Sequence record: NC_070956.1 | DNA: 64,000 bases | Direction: 5' to 3' (one strand) | In this document: positions 36,562 through 47,056 of the stretch, in pieces | Layout: every line of letters starts with the position of its first letter | Numbering within the stretch: the first letter of the stretch is position 1 | Notes under the pieces: generated by a model | Told to the model about the DNA's origin: nothing | The model's database searches: none | Seen by the model: the letters and a program-made list of their open reading frames with translations, nothing else | Program-made: the position numbers and the translations under genes

Positions 36562-37050
36562 ATGTACGTCGTCAACTTGCTTGATCTGAAACAACGGATC
36601 AACTTCACCCTCATGTACTGTCTCCACGACATGACAAGAGAAGATGAAGAAGAGCTGATGGTTAGTCTGACCGAGGTAGCACTCGACCTGACACTCAGCA
36701 TGGTAAACGACAAAACCGGCGAACACCCTGACGATATGTTTGATCGTTACATCAAGATGAAATATCCTGATGTCCAACATGTATTCGGGATCGGTGAAAT
36801 AGTGACCAGTCTGGTCATTGAGATTCGGAAACGTTTCTTTACCGAGTTCGGACACGATAAGCGACTCATGTACAAACTGGTGCGTACCAAACGCGGTCGT
36901 ACCCCGATCTACTACTTCGCAATGGACCTGGAATTCACCTTCGAATGTGGTGGGTTCTTCCAGCCATCTCAAGAAGACCTCACCCAAGAGGTCGACGACA
37001 ACCCGAGTCTGGAGACCATGAATGAGTTGTTCACCCGCGCCCATTATTGA
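36562..37050 (+). CDS. hypothetical protein (162 aa)
   Basis: SD AAGGA. Confidence 0.7.
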   Translation: MYVVNLLDLKQRINFTLMYCLHDMTREDEEELMVSLTEVALDLTLSMVNDKTGEHPDDMFDRYIKMKYPDVQHVFGIGEIVTSLVIEIRKRFFTEFGHDKRLMYKLVRTKRGRTPIYYFAMDLEFTFECGGFFQPSQEDLTQEVDDNPSLETMNELFTRAHY

Positions 37051-37480
37051 TTTCACTGCCTTCTATCCTGAGATAGAGAAAGCGATCGATAAGAACAGTG
37101 TGTACGCTAAGGGGTTGGTAAAGGAAGAGCATAAACTGTTCCTTGTCCCTGAGCTTGTCACCTGGCTGCTCGGAAGAACTTCCAGTTTCATCGTCAAGGG
37201 ATATTTTCCCGACCCTCGGCTCAGAAACTTCTTCGACTATGATGTACTGATCGAAGAGTTCGACGATCTATTTCTAGAATTTAGGGACTACCTCAGACTG
37301 ACCTATGGTTTGGTAGAAGGAACGCCCATCACTTTCTTGAGATACGATAACGTTCACACATTTATACCGTTGAAGGGTGTCAAAGATGATGCGCTTAATT
37401 ACGACCAATGTAACTCATTTGGTCAAAGCAGTTTCTCAATGGTACCTCAATACGGAAACGTACAACCCCCTAGCTATTAA
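37022..37480 (+). CDS. hypothetical protein (152 aa; start uncertain)
   Basis: ORF track; overlaps both neighbours. Confidence 0.55.
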   Translation: MSCSPAPIIDFTAFYPEIEKAIDKNSVYAKGLVKEEHKLFLVPELVTWLLGRTSSFIVKGYFPDPRLRNFFDYDVLIEEFDDLFLEFRDYLRLTYGLVEGTPITFLRYDNVHTFIPLKGVKDDALNYDQCNSFGQSSFSMVPQYGNVQPPSY

Positions 37481-37682
37481 GTATATTCGTGACAGGGATG
37501 TCAAAGCGTATAGCGAAGGGTTGTACGAGTTGTGTGGTAGCGATACCCCATTCGTGCTTCAGGATACCATTGTTCACTTAGACCTCTTGATAGATGAAGT
37601 TGACAGATCCAAAGACCTGGCCAATTTCTACTTCGAGGGGAACATCTTCATTATTGTGGAGGATCCGTATGGAACAGTTTAG
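37386..37682 (+). CDS. hypothetical protein
   Basis: ATG after GAAGGG; ~95-nt overlap with the upstream ORF. Confidence 0.5.
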   Translation: MMRLITTNVTHLVKAVSQWYLNTETYNPLAIKYIRDRDVKAYSEGLYELCGSDTPFVLQDTIVHLDLLIDEVDRSKDLANFYFEGNIFIIVEDPYGTV

Positions 37683-37986
37683 GGGGTTACAACCCCAAGG
37701 GATATTCTCCCATAACTGTGCGTTCCCGGGTGTCCCGACCGAGGTGGCTGCAAACCTCATTGGGATGTCTTTCAATATCTACGGGGTTAACCACCAAATC
37801 CCGTTCAACCCTAACTTGGGTAACGAAGGTCTGGAGAGCGAAGACAAGAACATTGAAACTCGCAACCTGGACACGTATTACCAGTTGAAGAGTCTTCTGG
37901 GTAACTTCTCCAGGGAGTACACCAAAGTCGATGCCGAAGTTCGGTGTAGCAATGGTCTGTTCATGATTACCTTTAAATGCTGGTAA
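37669..37986 (+). CDS. hypothetical protein (start revised to MEQFRG)
   Basis: SD GGAGG. Confidence 0.65.
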   Translation: MEQFRGLQPQGIFSHNCAFPGVPTEVAANLIGMSFNIYGVNHQIPFNPNLGNEGLESEDKNIETRNLDTYYQLKSLLGNFSREYTKVDAEVRCSNGLFMITFKCW

Positions 37987-37995
37987 GGAAATCAA

Positions 37996-38346
37996 ATGCA
38001 GATCATGTTGAACCACTTCGACTATGACACTCTGATCCCAGTGATACAAAGTGTTGCAGGAGATGACGTCCCGTTAACCTTGGAAACGATCACTCAAGTT
38101 TTGGTGCAGATGTCTGAAAGAGTCTGTGATGCAACCTTAACGAGATGTGATTTGACAGAGGCTGAATTGGAATTTACTGACGCAATGTGTCTTCCATTAG
38201 TGAAGAATGAAATGTTGACTGCTGTCAGGATATTCCCTGAGCGTCATCAAGTGGTAAGATATGGTAATAATTTGATTACCTTCCCCACCATCATTGCTGA
38301 GGTTTATAATGACACTCGACCAGATCTCCGATGGGGATATTGTTAA
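37996..38346 (+). CDS. hypothetical protein (116 aa)
   Basis: SD AAGGA. Confidence 0.65.
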   Translation: MQIMLNHFDYDTLIPVIQSVAGDDVPLTLETITQVLVQMSERVCDATLTRCDLTEAELEFTDAMCLPLVKNEMLTAVRIFPERHQVVRYGNNLITFPTIIAEVYNDTRPDLRWGYC

Positions 38347-38731
38347 CTTCGATATGGTCTTTCCTGGGATTCTTCAATCCCAGTATAAAGGCGTGGTAGT
38401 AACAGGAGTTTTCGATTACATCGTTGCTCGTGCTCTCGATCCGGAACTCCAGGTCAAGCATGATGCACTCTATCCTTACTTCAAGGATAGCGTCAACGAT
38501 GTGAACGATCCCAGTGTCTACCGTTATTTCGGTATTCGTCCTGATCCGACGAGCTCTGAAATTGTTGTTATCGGTTATCCCTGGATTCGACCGGACAGTC
38601 TCCAAGTCACACAAGGGCGCGAAGCAGTTCTGATCATCTCTCCATGGCAGCAAAGTTATGAAGCTCCTCTCAAGGACTTCCTTCGTAACCTGAACGCCGG
38701 GTTTGTTATTCGAATCGACGATAAGAAATAA
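38309..38731 (+). CDS. conserved Chimalliviridae protein upstream of the DNA polymerase (phiKZ gp49-like)
   Basis: SD GAGG; IGYPWIR motif; synteny. Confidence 0.6.
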   Translation: MTLDQISDGDIVNFDMVFPGILQSQYKGVVVTGVFDYIVARALDPELQVKHDALYPYFKDSVNDVNDPSVYRYFGIRPDPTSSEIVVIGYPWIRPDSLQVTQGREAVLIISPWQQSYEAPLKDFLRNLNAGFVIRIDDKK

Positions 38732-38806
38732 GTTAAAGGTTACTGTCGCTACCATCTGGTAGCGACAGTAACTATTCTTTGTTTATTTTTCTTATCTGGA
38801 GAGATC

Positions 38807-40870
38807 ATGTCCAACGATAATCCATTTCTCTCTGAGAAATACAGTTCCGATAGGAACATCATTAAACACAACCTCGATCAGCAGGCGTTGGTTATTTCGA
38901 GGATGCGAAACGAACCTTATCAAGAGGTCCGTAACAATTTAGTCAAGTTCTATAAAGCGCACAAAGATGAATTCAAGTCCAAGAAAGCCAAGGTCTTGGT
39001 AAAGAACAAGCATGGTGACCGAGAGCTCCAGATACGTTCCATCTTCAGTGTGTTTAAAGAAGTACAAGCGAACAACTATCACTTTAGTCCGTCAATGATT
39101 GGTTATACAAACTCTGATGAAGAAGAGTGTGTTAACTCAATCGGTACTCGTCAGTTCATTGACAACCGTAAGTTCTATAAGGACAAACGGCAAGAGGTAC
39201 CCAAGGGTGGTGATATGTGGACGAAGTACAACGAACTTCAGAACGCATTCAAAATCTTTAACAACGCCCAATCAGGTGCAATGTCCTCCGAAGGTACCCC
39301 GATCAACAATAAGACCGGCCACACTTCATTGACGTCAAGCACTCGTTGTTTAACGTCGACAGCAAACCTGATTAATGAACAGTTCATAGCTGGTAACCGT
39401 TTCTATAACACTCCAGAAAACACAATGCAGGCGATCATTGCTCGTCTGACAGTGAGTAATCTGAATGATATCGAAATGGTAATCAACAAGTTTGGGTTGA
39501 AAATACCAACTGTTGAAGATGTGATGAAAATCGTGGAACGATGCTCTAGACGATACTGGTCGTCAGCACTCGTTATGCGGTACATCAAGGTATTCCTGGA
39601 CACACTAAGTGGCCTTGAGCTAGCCGCTATAGCGTACACACTTGACTTGGTAACACTGTACGAGTTGAACGTTCCGGTTATTACGAAACTGTTTGACGAC
39701 TACGTGCACATCCCTGATTACGTTGAAGGAAAAGAGGGGATTAAACCGAACACTGGTGACCGTTATGTGTTGTGTATTTCCAAGCTTCCTCCTAAATCAG
39801 AGAAAGCCTGGGTTCCGCAACTCAACGAATACCACATGTCAGTTGAACAGAAGTATGCCGATCTGTTCCGTGTGTTCTTCAAATCCAAAATACCACCATC
39901 TGGTCTGTTCGATGTAACCAGCGCTATCCGTGACGTGGTACTCACTTCCGATACTGACTCTTCCATCTATACAGTGGACGATATGATCGCGAACTACACC
40001 ACTGAGCATGAAACCGTGGTACGACTGAATGGCGTGCTCACGTACTTCATTCGGATGATCTCTGTGGATCAACACGCTCAGCTTTCAGCCAACATGAACG
40101 TTTCACAGAAGAACATCAATCTGCTCACCATGAAGAACGAATACTTCTTCGGCGCTTATGTCACCACATCCATGTCCAAACACTATTACGCGACTCAGCG
40201 TATGGTTGAAGGTGTGACTAACCCTGAACCCGATATCGAGATCAAGGGTGTTCACCTGAAGTCTTCTAAGATCTCTCCGAAGATTAAAGAAGTAGCTGTG
40301 AAGATGATGGAAGAAGCTTTGTTCGCTTTGGAAGAATCCAGAACACTTGACGCCGCCCAGACATTGGCAGATATCGCCAACCTGGAGCGTGAAGTTATTG
40401 GTGAACTCCAGAAGGGTGAGTATAGTTGGTTGTCAAAAGAAACCATCAAAGTTAAGGCAGTGTACGGTAACCCTGATAGCCAGATCTATCTTTACCACGA
40501 TATGTGGGAATCGGTGTTCTCCGATAAGTATGGTCCTGCTCCAGAACTTCCATATACTGTTGTTAAAATGTCTGTAGATCTTGGAAACAAAACCAAGCTC
40601 GAAAGCTACCTTAACAGCATCAAAGATTCCGAAATCCGTGAGCGTCTCAGATCTTTCCTTGAGAGTAAAGGGAAGAAAGACATGTCCAACATGTACGCTC
40701 CACTAGAGCGTCTTCAGAACCTCCAGGACATTCCTGAGGAGATGAAACAGGCGATGGATATGCGAACCGTGATAAAGCAAAACTTCAAATGTATTTACGA
40801 GGTATTGCACTCCACCGGGATCTATGTGATGAACGATAGTATCTCTCGGCTCATCTCAGATGAACATTAA
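38807..40870 (+). CDS. family-B DNA polymerase, polymerase-domain subunit of the split phiKZ-type enzyme (gp50-like)
   Basis: KIFNNAQSG (motif B-like K...N..G), LTSDTDS (motif C DTDS), IEIKGV; no recognisable exonuclease motifs; synteny. Confidence 0.88.
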   Translation: MSNDNPFLSEKYSSDRNIIKHNLDQQALVISRMRNEPYQEVRNNLVKFYKAHKDEFKSKKAKVLVKNKHGDRELQIRSIFSVFKEVQANNYHFSPSMIGYTNSDEEECVNSIGTRQFIDNRKFYKDKRQEVPKGGDMWTKYNELQNAFKIFNNAQSGAMSSEGTPINNKTGHTSLTSSTRCLTSTANLINEQFIAGNRFYNTPENTMQAIIARLTVSNLNDIEMVINKFGLKIPTVEDVMKIVERCSRRYWSSALVMRYIKVFLDTLSGLELAAIAYTLDLVTLYELNVPVITKLFDDYVHIPDYVEGKEGIKPNTGDRYVLCISKLPPKSEKAWVPQLNEYHMSVEQKYADLFRVFFKSKIPPSGLFDVTSAIRDVVLTSDTDSSIYTVDDMIANYTTEHETVVRLNGVLTYFIRMISVDQHAQLSANMNVSQKNINLLTMKNEYFFGAYVTTSMSKHYYATQRMVEGVTNPEPDIEIKGVHLKSSKISPKIKEVAVKMMEEALFALEESRTLDAAQTLADIANLEREVIGELQKGEYSWLSKETIKVKAVYGNPDSQIYLYHDMWESVFSDKYGPAPELPYTVVKMSVDLGNKTKLESYLNSIKDSEIRERLRSFLESKGKKDMSNMYAPLERLQNLQDIPEEMKQAMDMRTVIKQNFKCIYEVLHSTGIYVMNDSISRLISDEH

Positions 40871-40924
40871 TATTATGTAGAAAACCAACCCTCTCCCGCA
40901 TCGCCGGGAGAGGGTTAATCTATG

Positions 40925-42025
40925 TTACATTTTTTCTTTCACATCTTTGTAAGTGTCAATGAAGAACTTCTTCCACTTGGGGTCTTTGACGTTCTCAAAG
41001 AGGAATCCAGGAGGAGTCTTAAAGAAAGTCTTGAGGTCAGAAGAGACCTTAGGATCTTCAAACCCTACGAACTCACCCAGATCCAGAAACCCTTGAACGT
41101 TATAAAGGTTAGCAAGTGTCCAGACCCAACTCAACTGTATATAGTAGAGTGACTTACCGGGGTTAGTGAAAACGTATGGTTTCAACGTCCCCCTGTCAAA
41201 CAAAGAGACTTGGTATCCCATGTACTGACTGAATGACTTCATTGGCGTCGCCATCATTATACGACGTTTCCAGGCGTTCAATTCACCAACCGCTGGAATG
41301 TAGTTTTCCATTGCAAAGGGTGATTTATCAGCGTCCGGAACTTGACCATGTTCCCACATATCGAGGACAACCAAATCGTTGTAATCCATCCACATGTCCA
41401 TGATGACTTGGAAGACATAGTGGTGTGGAGAAAGGCCAAGTGAAACATTACGAGCAATACGATCCTTCAGATACCAGTAGTATCCTGCGACAAATGCCGG
41501 GAGATCCAACTCGAGTATTGTGAAGACATCGCTACTGTGATTCTTCTTATTCGTGTCTATCAACTTCTGACAATCCCAATAGTGCTTACCACCGTTGGTC
41601 ATTATCGGAAAGAGTGATTTGATGCGATTTGAATTTTCACTGGCGATATTTATATTGTGTAACGAACTGGACGCATAGTCCATAGAAGTTACTACAAGTG
41701 TGTTGTGATTCATTTCCGGAAAGAACTTTCCAGGGAAGTTGATCCCATCACGATAGAGAGTGACAAGGTTAACATCGTTGGCTGCACGTTTTGCTTTTCC
41801 GTTGATAACAGAGAGCAATGTACTTGGAGACCATGACGGGTCAACCGACACTTCTAGCAATAAGGTTACTAACGGATGATCGTTTTCAACCACCCTGTTC
41901 CCAGCTAAACTGAACTCAAAGAACCTTGAACGATTTCTCGCCATGATCCTGTTCAGGTTATCTCGAGGTCCGTAGTTAGGAATCGGATAGTTGATTCCAT
42001 TATCACGGAGAATGAAAGTTGACAT
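40925..42025 (-). CDS. conserved Chimalliviridae protein (phiKZ gp52-like)
   Basis: 366-aa minus-strand gene between the polymerase and chimallin; synteny. Confidence 0.6.
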   Translation of the reverse strand: MSTFILRDNGINYPIPNYGPRDNLNRIMARNRSRFFEFSLAGNRVVENDHPLVTLLLEVSVDPSWSPSTLLSVINGKAKRAANDVNLVTLYRDGINFPGKFFPEMNHNTLVVTSMDYASSSLHNINIASENSNRIKSLFPIMTNGGKHYWDCQKLIDTNKKNHSSDVFTILELDLPAFVAGYYWYLKDRIARNVSLGLSPHHYVFQVIMDMWMDYNDLVVLDMWEHGQVPDADKSPFAMENYIPAVGELNAWKRRIMMATPMKSFSQYMGYQVSLFDRGTLKPYVFTNPGKSLYYIQLSWVWTLANLYNVQGFLDLGEFVGFEDPKVSSDLKTFFKTPPGFLFENVKDPKWKKFFIDTYKDVKEKM

Positions 42026-42174
42026 GTAAACCTCGTTGATTTAATTCTTCAAAATAGTTTCCTATTATATGTAAACAAATGTCAAGGAGTAATCCTTGGC
42101 TTTGCGCGGGAGACGTCCGTCTTGTAATAAATCTGGTACAAAAGATCGTTAAAAATTGACGTTCTATAAATTTT

Positions 42175-42199
42175 CAGATATATATTATTAGAGTGTAAT
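42175..42199 (+). promoter_or_regulatory. putative early promoter of chimallin
   Basis: TTTTCAGATATATATTATTAGAGTGTAAT. Confidence 0.55.
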
Positions 42200-42263
42200 A
42201 GTAGAACAGATTGTTCGAAATTCAAGACGTCCTGAGTTTTAAAGCAATAAAGGATAACATGTA

Positions 42264-44252
42264 ATGTCCGATAAACCTTCCAACAAAGGTTTCAGTCTCC
42301 CTGGACAAGACAGTCCTAGTGAAACTGGTGCCCAACACCAACCTGCCGTATCTGAAGTTCAAACCAAACCCGTAACCACCCTCAAAGAAGGAAAAGTGAA
42401 TATGTCTATCAACTCCCTGGCCTCCCTGATCGGTATGTCCTCCCTGGTTTCCCAAGCTGGCACCATCCCGGAAGTGAAAGCAATCGCCAAAGGTATCGAC
42501 GACGCCGTGGCTGATCTGAAGCGTCAGATCGCTACCCCTGAGCAAATGGCAACCCTGCCGGCCGACGTGACCCACCTGACCTCCGACATCACCCAGCACC
42601 TGCCGGGTATCGTACTGCCGCTGCGCCTGGGCCAGACCGTGTACGTGATGCCGATCCTGTTCTGGAAAGCCGGTGTGACCGACGCTACCGACACCATCAT
42701 GGTGAACCAAGGTGAAGCACCGCGTGGTTTCGCCAAGACCGCGTCCAGCTTCATGCACATCGACATGATCAACAAGATCCGCGACAGCTTCGCCTTCTAC
42801 GGCGAGAAGAAAGCTGACGAAGTCATGGCCACCAGCCCCTGCGTGATCAACCTGGAGCACTGGATCAAGGAAGGCAAGAACACCGAAGAAATGGTGCGCG
42901 AAGTCGTCAACGTGATCCTGACCGAATGGCACGCTGGTCTGATGACCCTGGGCGTGATGCTGACCACCAAGGCCGGCGGTGCAATCCCCAGCCCGTTCAA
43001 GAACAGCAAGCTGTTCGGTGATCAGGACACTGCCATCGCTCGTGTAGAAGCTGCCTACAACCCGGTCATCCGTGGTGTCACCACCGGTTACAACCTGGCT
43101 GTCAACATCTCTACCGCGCCGAAGAACGCTCACATGGTCCACACCAACAACATGAACGCCAAGTCGGTCTGCAAGACCTTCCTGAACGTCCAGTTGGACA
43201 CCATGCAACCGCAGCAGTACGGTCATCTCCGTCAGCGTGCCGGTATGGGTCAGAACGTTGGTCCGATCGTTCCGGTCATCTCCATCGGTCAGACCATCCC
43301 GGGTGAAACCCTGAACCACAACCAGTCCATCCTGTCGGCCGCCCTGGGTCTGTTCGCAGCCCTGACCGCCAACAACCTGCGTTTCTACTCCGAAGCAATC
43401 CGTGCCAAGGAAGTGGGTCACCGCGGTAACCTGGCTGTGTTCAACAACTACCTGTCCGCCATCACCCAGGGCCAGTACACCTCCGATCAGCTGCTGTCCG
43501 CCAAGAACATCAGCAACGTCGCCGTGGTGAACGACTGGATCCAACGCTTCGTGAACAGCCGCGCTGTCTACGTAGTCGACGTACCGACCTTCGGTCCGGA
43601 TTCCAGCATCTCTGACTTCTGGATGGGCATGGCCAAGTTCGGTCCGGGTTCCCTGTACCAGAACACTCTGATCGCCATCTTCGATGCACTGACCAACAAG
43701 AAGTTCAGCGAGAAGGCAGAAGAGAACGCCAAGATGGCTCAGCGTGATCCGTCCAAGCACTGGACCAAGGCCGACAAGGTTCTGTCCCTGACCCAGATGA
43801 TCGTCCCGCGCGGCCGTGCTCAGGGCAAGGATGGCAAGTGGTTCTGCCTGAGCGAAATCGATGGCATGTTCCTGCGTCAGACCGAGTACCTGGGTACCAA
43901 CGAAGTCGAGATCGCCGAGTACCAAGCTCTGGTACAAGGTTCCGTTCCGGGCGTTGATCGTCGCACCCGCGAGTTCAACCTGATCAACAAGCTCCAGCAC
44001 ATGTTCCAGGGCAACGTGATCATCGATGGTTTCGATGCTCGCCTGATCTGGTCCTCTGCGCTGTTCAACACCCTGGCCGAAGCAATGGTTTCCACCGGTA
44101 CTCTGACCGTGAACTCCAGCGCTCACCAGTCCAACTGGACCATGGAATACTCCAACGAGCTGTTCGACCACTTCATGACTGCCGGTATCGTTCCGCAAGT
44201 CGGTGGTGGCGCGAGCGCTGCTCAGTTCGGCATGTACTCCAACCTGGTCTAA
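42264..44252 (+). CDS. chmA: chimallin, the major phage-nucleus shell protein (phiKZ gp54-like)
   Basis: 662 aa; strongest codon optimisation in the window; position between the gp52-like gene and the beta'-N RNAP gene; own terminator at 44283-44308. Confidence 0.85.
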   Translation: MSDKPSNKGFSLPGQDSPSETGAQHQPAVSEVQTKPVTTLKEGKVNMSINSLASLIGMSSLVSQAGTIPEVKAIAKGIDDAVADLKRQIATPEQMATLPADVTHLTSDITQHLPGIVLPLRLGQTVYVMPILFWKAGVTDATDTIMVNQGEAPRGFAKTASSFMHIDMINKIRDSFAFYGEKKADEVMATSPCVINLEHWIKEGKNTEEMVREVVNVILTEWHAGLMTLGVMLTTKAGGAIPSPFKNSKLFGDQDTAIARVEAAYNPVIRGVTTGYNLAVNISTAPKNAHMVHTNNMNAKSVCKTFLNVQLDTMQPQQYGHLRQRAGMGQNVGPIVPVISIGQTIPGETLNHNQSILSAALGLFAALTANNLRFYSEAIRAKEVGHRGNLAVFNNYLSAITQGQYTSDQLLSAKNISNVAVVNDWIQRFVNSRAVYVVDVPTFGPDSSISDFWMGMAKFGPGSLYQNTLIAIFDALTNKKFSEKAEENAKMAQRDPSKHWTKADKVLSLTQMIVPRGRAQGKDGKWFCLSEIDGMFLRQTEYLGTNEVEIAEYQALVQGSVPGVDRRTREFNLINKLQHMFQGNVIIDGFDARLIWSSALFNTLAEAMVSTGTLTVNSSAHQSNWTMEYSNELFDHFMTAGIVPQVGGGASAAQFGMYSNLV

Positions 44253-44352
44253 GTAGACCTGAAGTAACTTAGTGCCAATTCACAGGAGGGGGAGAAATCC
44301 TCCTCCTGTGTTTTTCTTTTGTTCTTTTATTTTTGTCTCTAAGGAGTTAGAA

Positions 44353-44616
44353 ATGTTTCTCTTCTTGGTAAGTCGTGAAGACCACGTTCATTACGAGGAG
44401 TACTTCTCTTTTGTCTGTGCCGCTGAAACTCAGGCAGATGCTATTGCGATGCATCCCGAACAGGACTCTCCCGACAATCCAGATGGACACGGTAAAGAGC
44501 CCCACGAGTTCTCTGGCTGGACCAAAGACAAAAGCGCCATCAACGTCATGATTCTCGGTGAAGCTGCTCCGAATATCAGAGCCGGGGTATTGCATAGCAG
44601 TAATAAAGGCAGTTGA
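44353..44616 (+). CDS. small phage protein of the same family as 19018-19218 (start revised to MFLFLVS)
   Basis: SD AAGGAG; YEEYFSFVCAAET..A / YDEYDAVVIAAVD..A similarity. Confidence 0.65.
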   Translation: MFLFLVSREDHVHYEEYFSFVCAAETQADAIAMHPEQDSPDNPDGHGKEPHEFSGWTKDKSAINVMILGEAAPNIRAGVLHSSNKGS

Positions 44617-44714
44617 TTTCCAACGGCTATAAATAAAGAAATAGATATCATTGAAATGATACACCAGAGACAGTTCTTTGAGAACGGTCAATAATAAATG
44701 TAAAGGAGAAGTGC

Positions 44715-46316
44715 GTGAGTACCATTATCCGAGTTCTTAAGGATTACTCCGAAGAACAATTACTTCCTCAAAATCTCTTCAACCAGATTCTCGAGGGTAC
44801 GGGGTATATTCCGGAAATGGATGATGAGCGGTTCTATACTGCAATCTATCCCCATTTCGAAAACTACGACCAACGACACGACAACTGCACAACACTCCCG
44901 ATCTACCTGAATGACCACGACTTCCGAATCGAAGAAGATCGTGAACGTATCGTGCAAGCCCTTCGTACCGAGTATGAAGGTAACACATTCGATACGGTTG
45001 CAGTTTGTTCACCCAGCTGCGGTAAGTATCGCGGTAACATGTATCTCAACTCTGGGATTGTCTGTGACGTTTGTGGCGAGACACCAAGTCGTCCACTGAG
45101 CGAACAGATCGAGACCAAGGTTTGGTTGAGAACTCCACCCAGGGTTTCTGGTTTCCTGTCACCGGCTATATATGAGGTATTCCTCAGTAAGCTCAAAACC
45201 AAAACACCGAAAATCAATTTCGTTCAGTATTGGATGGATGAAGGTTATCGGAGAGACAAACGGTTCCGTGATCCAGTAGGTGAAACACCGGCGTACAAAA
45301 TGGCTCAGAAGCTCAATGCTTTCAGTAGTGCCATTGGTATCGACTTCGGGTACAATAATTTTATCGATAACATCGATACGATTATCAATGCAGCAGTCAC
45401 CCAAGACTTCATGGGGATCCTCGATCTCAACGAAGTACAACGTGATCACTGCACCCGGTTCTGGGCCAAGTATAAGGGGTTTGCAGTTAGTAACTTCCTT
45501 CCGCTTCCGAACAAGATTGCCACGGTAATCGAATCGGATCAACGTGACCGTTATGTCAACAAGGAAAAGACTGATCTGGAAAAGATCTTCTTTACCATAG
45601 CAGATATGTATCACGAAATGGATCATCGTTCAGTTCAGAACGAAGTTCTGTTCGGTAAGAACTATTTCGAGATGCAGGCGGTGATGCTCAAAGTGATGAA
45701 AGAAATTCTCTTTAAGAAGAAGGGGATGTTCCGATATCACGCAGGGGCTGGTAAGCTGCCATTTACTGGGCGTTCCATCATTACCGGTGAATCAGGCGTC
45801 TGTCGTTCTGATACCGTGGTGGTTCCCTGGCTCTATGGCATCACCTGTTTGAACCATCATCTGACCAACTGGTTGTACCGTCGCGGCTATACACCCAAAG
45901 CGGTTAAACGGATCATCCGTGAATCTGCCAACTTCCGTCACCCAGTGATAGAAGAGTTCTTTGACTGGGTAGAGAACAACCGTTATGCTGTGGCGACAGT
46001 AGGTCGTAACCCGTCGATTCAGTTCTTGTCGTCAAGGACTTTCTTCATCAAGTTCAACCGGGATATTGAGGATAAGTCTATTCGTATCCCAATCACCTGC
46101 GTGAAAGAATTTGGTGCTGACTTCGATGGGGACCAGATGTACGTATGGTTCATTCCTGACCTGTTCGGTAAAGTTGCTGGTTACGCCAACTTCGGCCATC
46201 AGCAAATGCTCGACCCAAACAAACCGTTCCGTACCAGTCGGTTCGCAACTCGCGCCAAGAACGTTCTTCTCAACCTCAACTCGCAATTATTGGACGAGCC
46301 AATAGCGGAGGATTAA
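44715..46316 (+). CDS. non-virion RNA polymerase beta'-like subunit, N-terminal part (phiKZ gp55-like)
   Basis: Catalytic GADFDGD motif; Zn-binding C-SPS-C...C-DV-C; GRSII and RNPSI motifs. Confidence 0.92.
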   Translation: MSTIIRVLKDYSEEQLLPQNLFNQILEGTGYIPEMDDERFYTAIYPHFENYDQRHDNCTTLPIYLNDHDFRIEEDRERIVQALRTEYEGNTFDTVAVCSPSCGKYRGNMYLNSGIVCDVCGETPSRPLSEQIETKVWLRTPPRVSGFLSPAIYEVFLSKLKTKTPKINFVQYWMDEGYRRDKRFRDPVGETPAYKMAQKLNAFSSAIGIDFGYNNFIDNIDTIINAAVTQDFMGILDLNEVQRDHCTRFWAKYKGFAVSNFLPLPNKIATVIESDQRDRYVNKEKTDLEKIFFTIADMYHEMDHRSVQNEVLFGKNYFEMQAVMLKVMKEILFKKKGMFRYHAGAGKLPFTGRSIITGESGVCRSDTVVVPWLYGITCLNHHLTNWLYRRGYTPKAVKRIIRESANFRHPVIEEFFDWVENNRYAVATVGRNPSIQFLSSRTFFIKFNRDIEDKSIRIPITCVKEFGADFDGDQMYVWFIPDLFGKVAGYANFGHQQMLDPNKPFRTSRFATRAKNVLLNLNSQLLDEPIAED

Positions 46317-46321
46317 TAATA

Positions 46322-46987
46322 GTGATCAATGTAACAAGCGCGTTCTCAATGGGTATCGGTGGTAGCATGTCGAAAGCCGCTGCCGATGTTTATAACCAAA
46401 CTCTGACTTCGATATATGACGGGATGTCGAGTCTGGGTGGTTGGTTGGGTGGCGCTGTCCAATCGGTTGTCCAAAGCCATGAAAACTTCATGAACTCTAA
46501 CATGTGGGAGTTCAGTAAGCGGATTGGTAAAGACGGTCACTATGTTGGACGCTTCGATGTAGGTTACCTGTCGGAAGTGGGTTATCAACAACAAGCTGTC
46601 GGGTTGATGCGGAATTACATCATGGCTAACCCCAAGATGATGGAACTGTATGAAGCCGATCGCATATCCGGTTATGATGGTGAAATCTCTGATCTCTGTA
46701 GCGGGATTGGTCGTGATAACTACTTCTATAACCGTGCTGTTGATGGTCTGATGCGTATCGAAGATGATGAAGCGGTGCGTACTCACTACGCCACATCTCT
46801 CGACAAGTATACCCACTTGTCAGCGATGGAACGTGTGGACATCAAACGTACCTGGGCGGCTAGCAATATTCATATTGCTAAGAACCTCTTTGACCCAAGT
46901 AGTATTTCTGGCGGGAAGATTCTTTCTGTAGAGGAAGTTGAAGCTATCCAGAAACAAATGGAAGAAGAAGCGGGTGACGCCCAGTAA
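46322..46987 (+). CDS. conserved Chimalliviridae protein (phiKZ gp59-like by synteny)
   Basis: Directly follows the gp55-like gene; terminator at 46995-47022. Confidence 0.6.
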   Translation: MINVTSAFSMGIGGSMSKAAADVYNQTLTSIYDGMSSLGGWLGGAVQSVVQSHENFMNSNMWEFSKRIGKDGHYVGRFDVGYLSEVGYQQQAVGLMRNYIMANPKMMELYEADRISGYDGEISDLCSGIGRDNYFYNRAVDGLMRIEDDEAVRTHYATSLDKYTHLSAMERVDIKRTWAASNIHIAKNLFDPSSISGGKILSVEEVEAIQKQMEEEAGDAQ

Positions 46988-47056
46988 TAGGTGGGAGCTA
47001 ACCGGGAAACCGGTTAGCTCTTCCTTTATATAGTTATTTTTTTTTAGGAGTGTTAT

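Noticed and set aside
42222-44198. 658-aa minus-strand ORF antisense to chimallin
   Set aside because: Codon-register mirror of the optimised chimallin gene; no independent start signals
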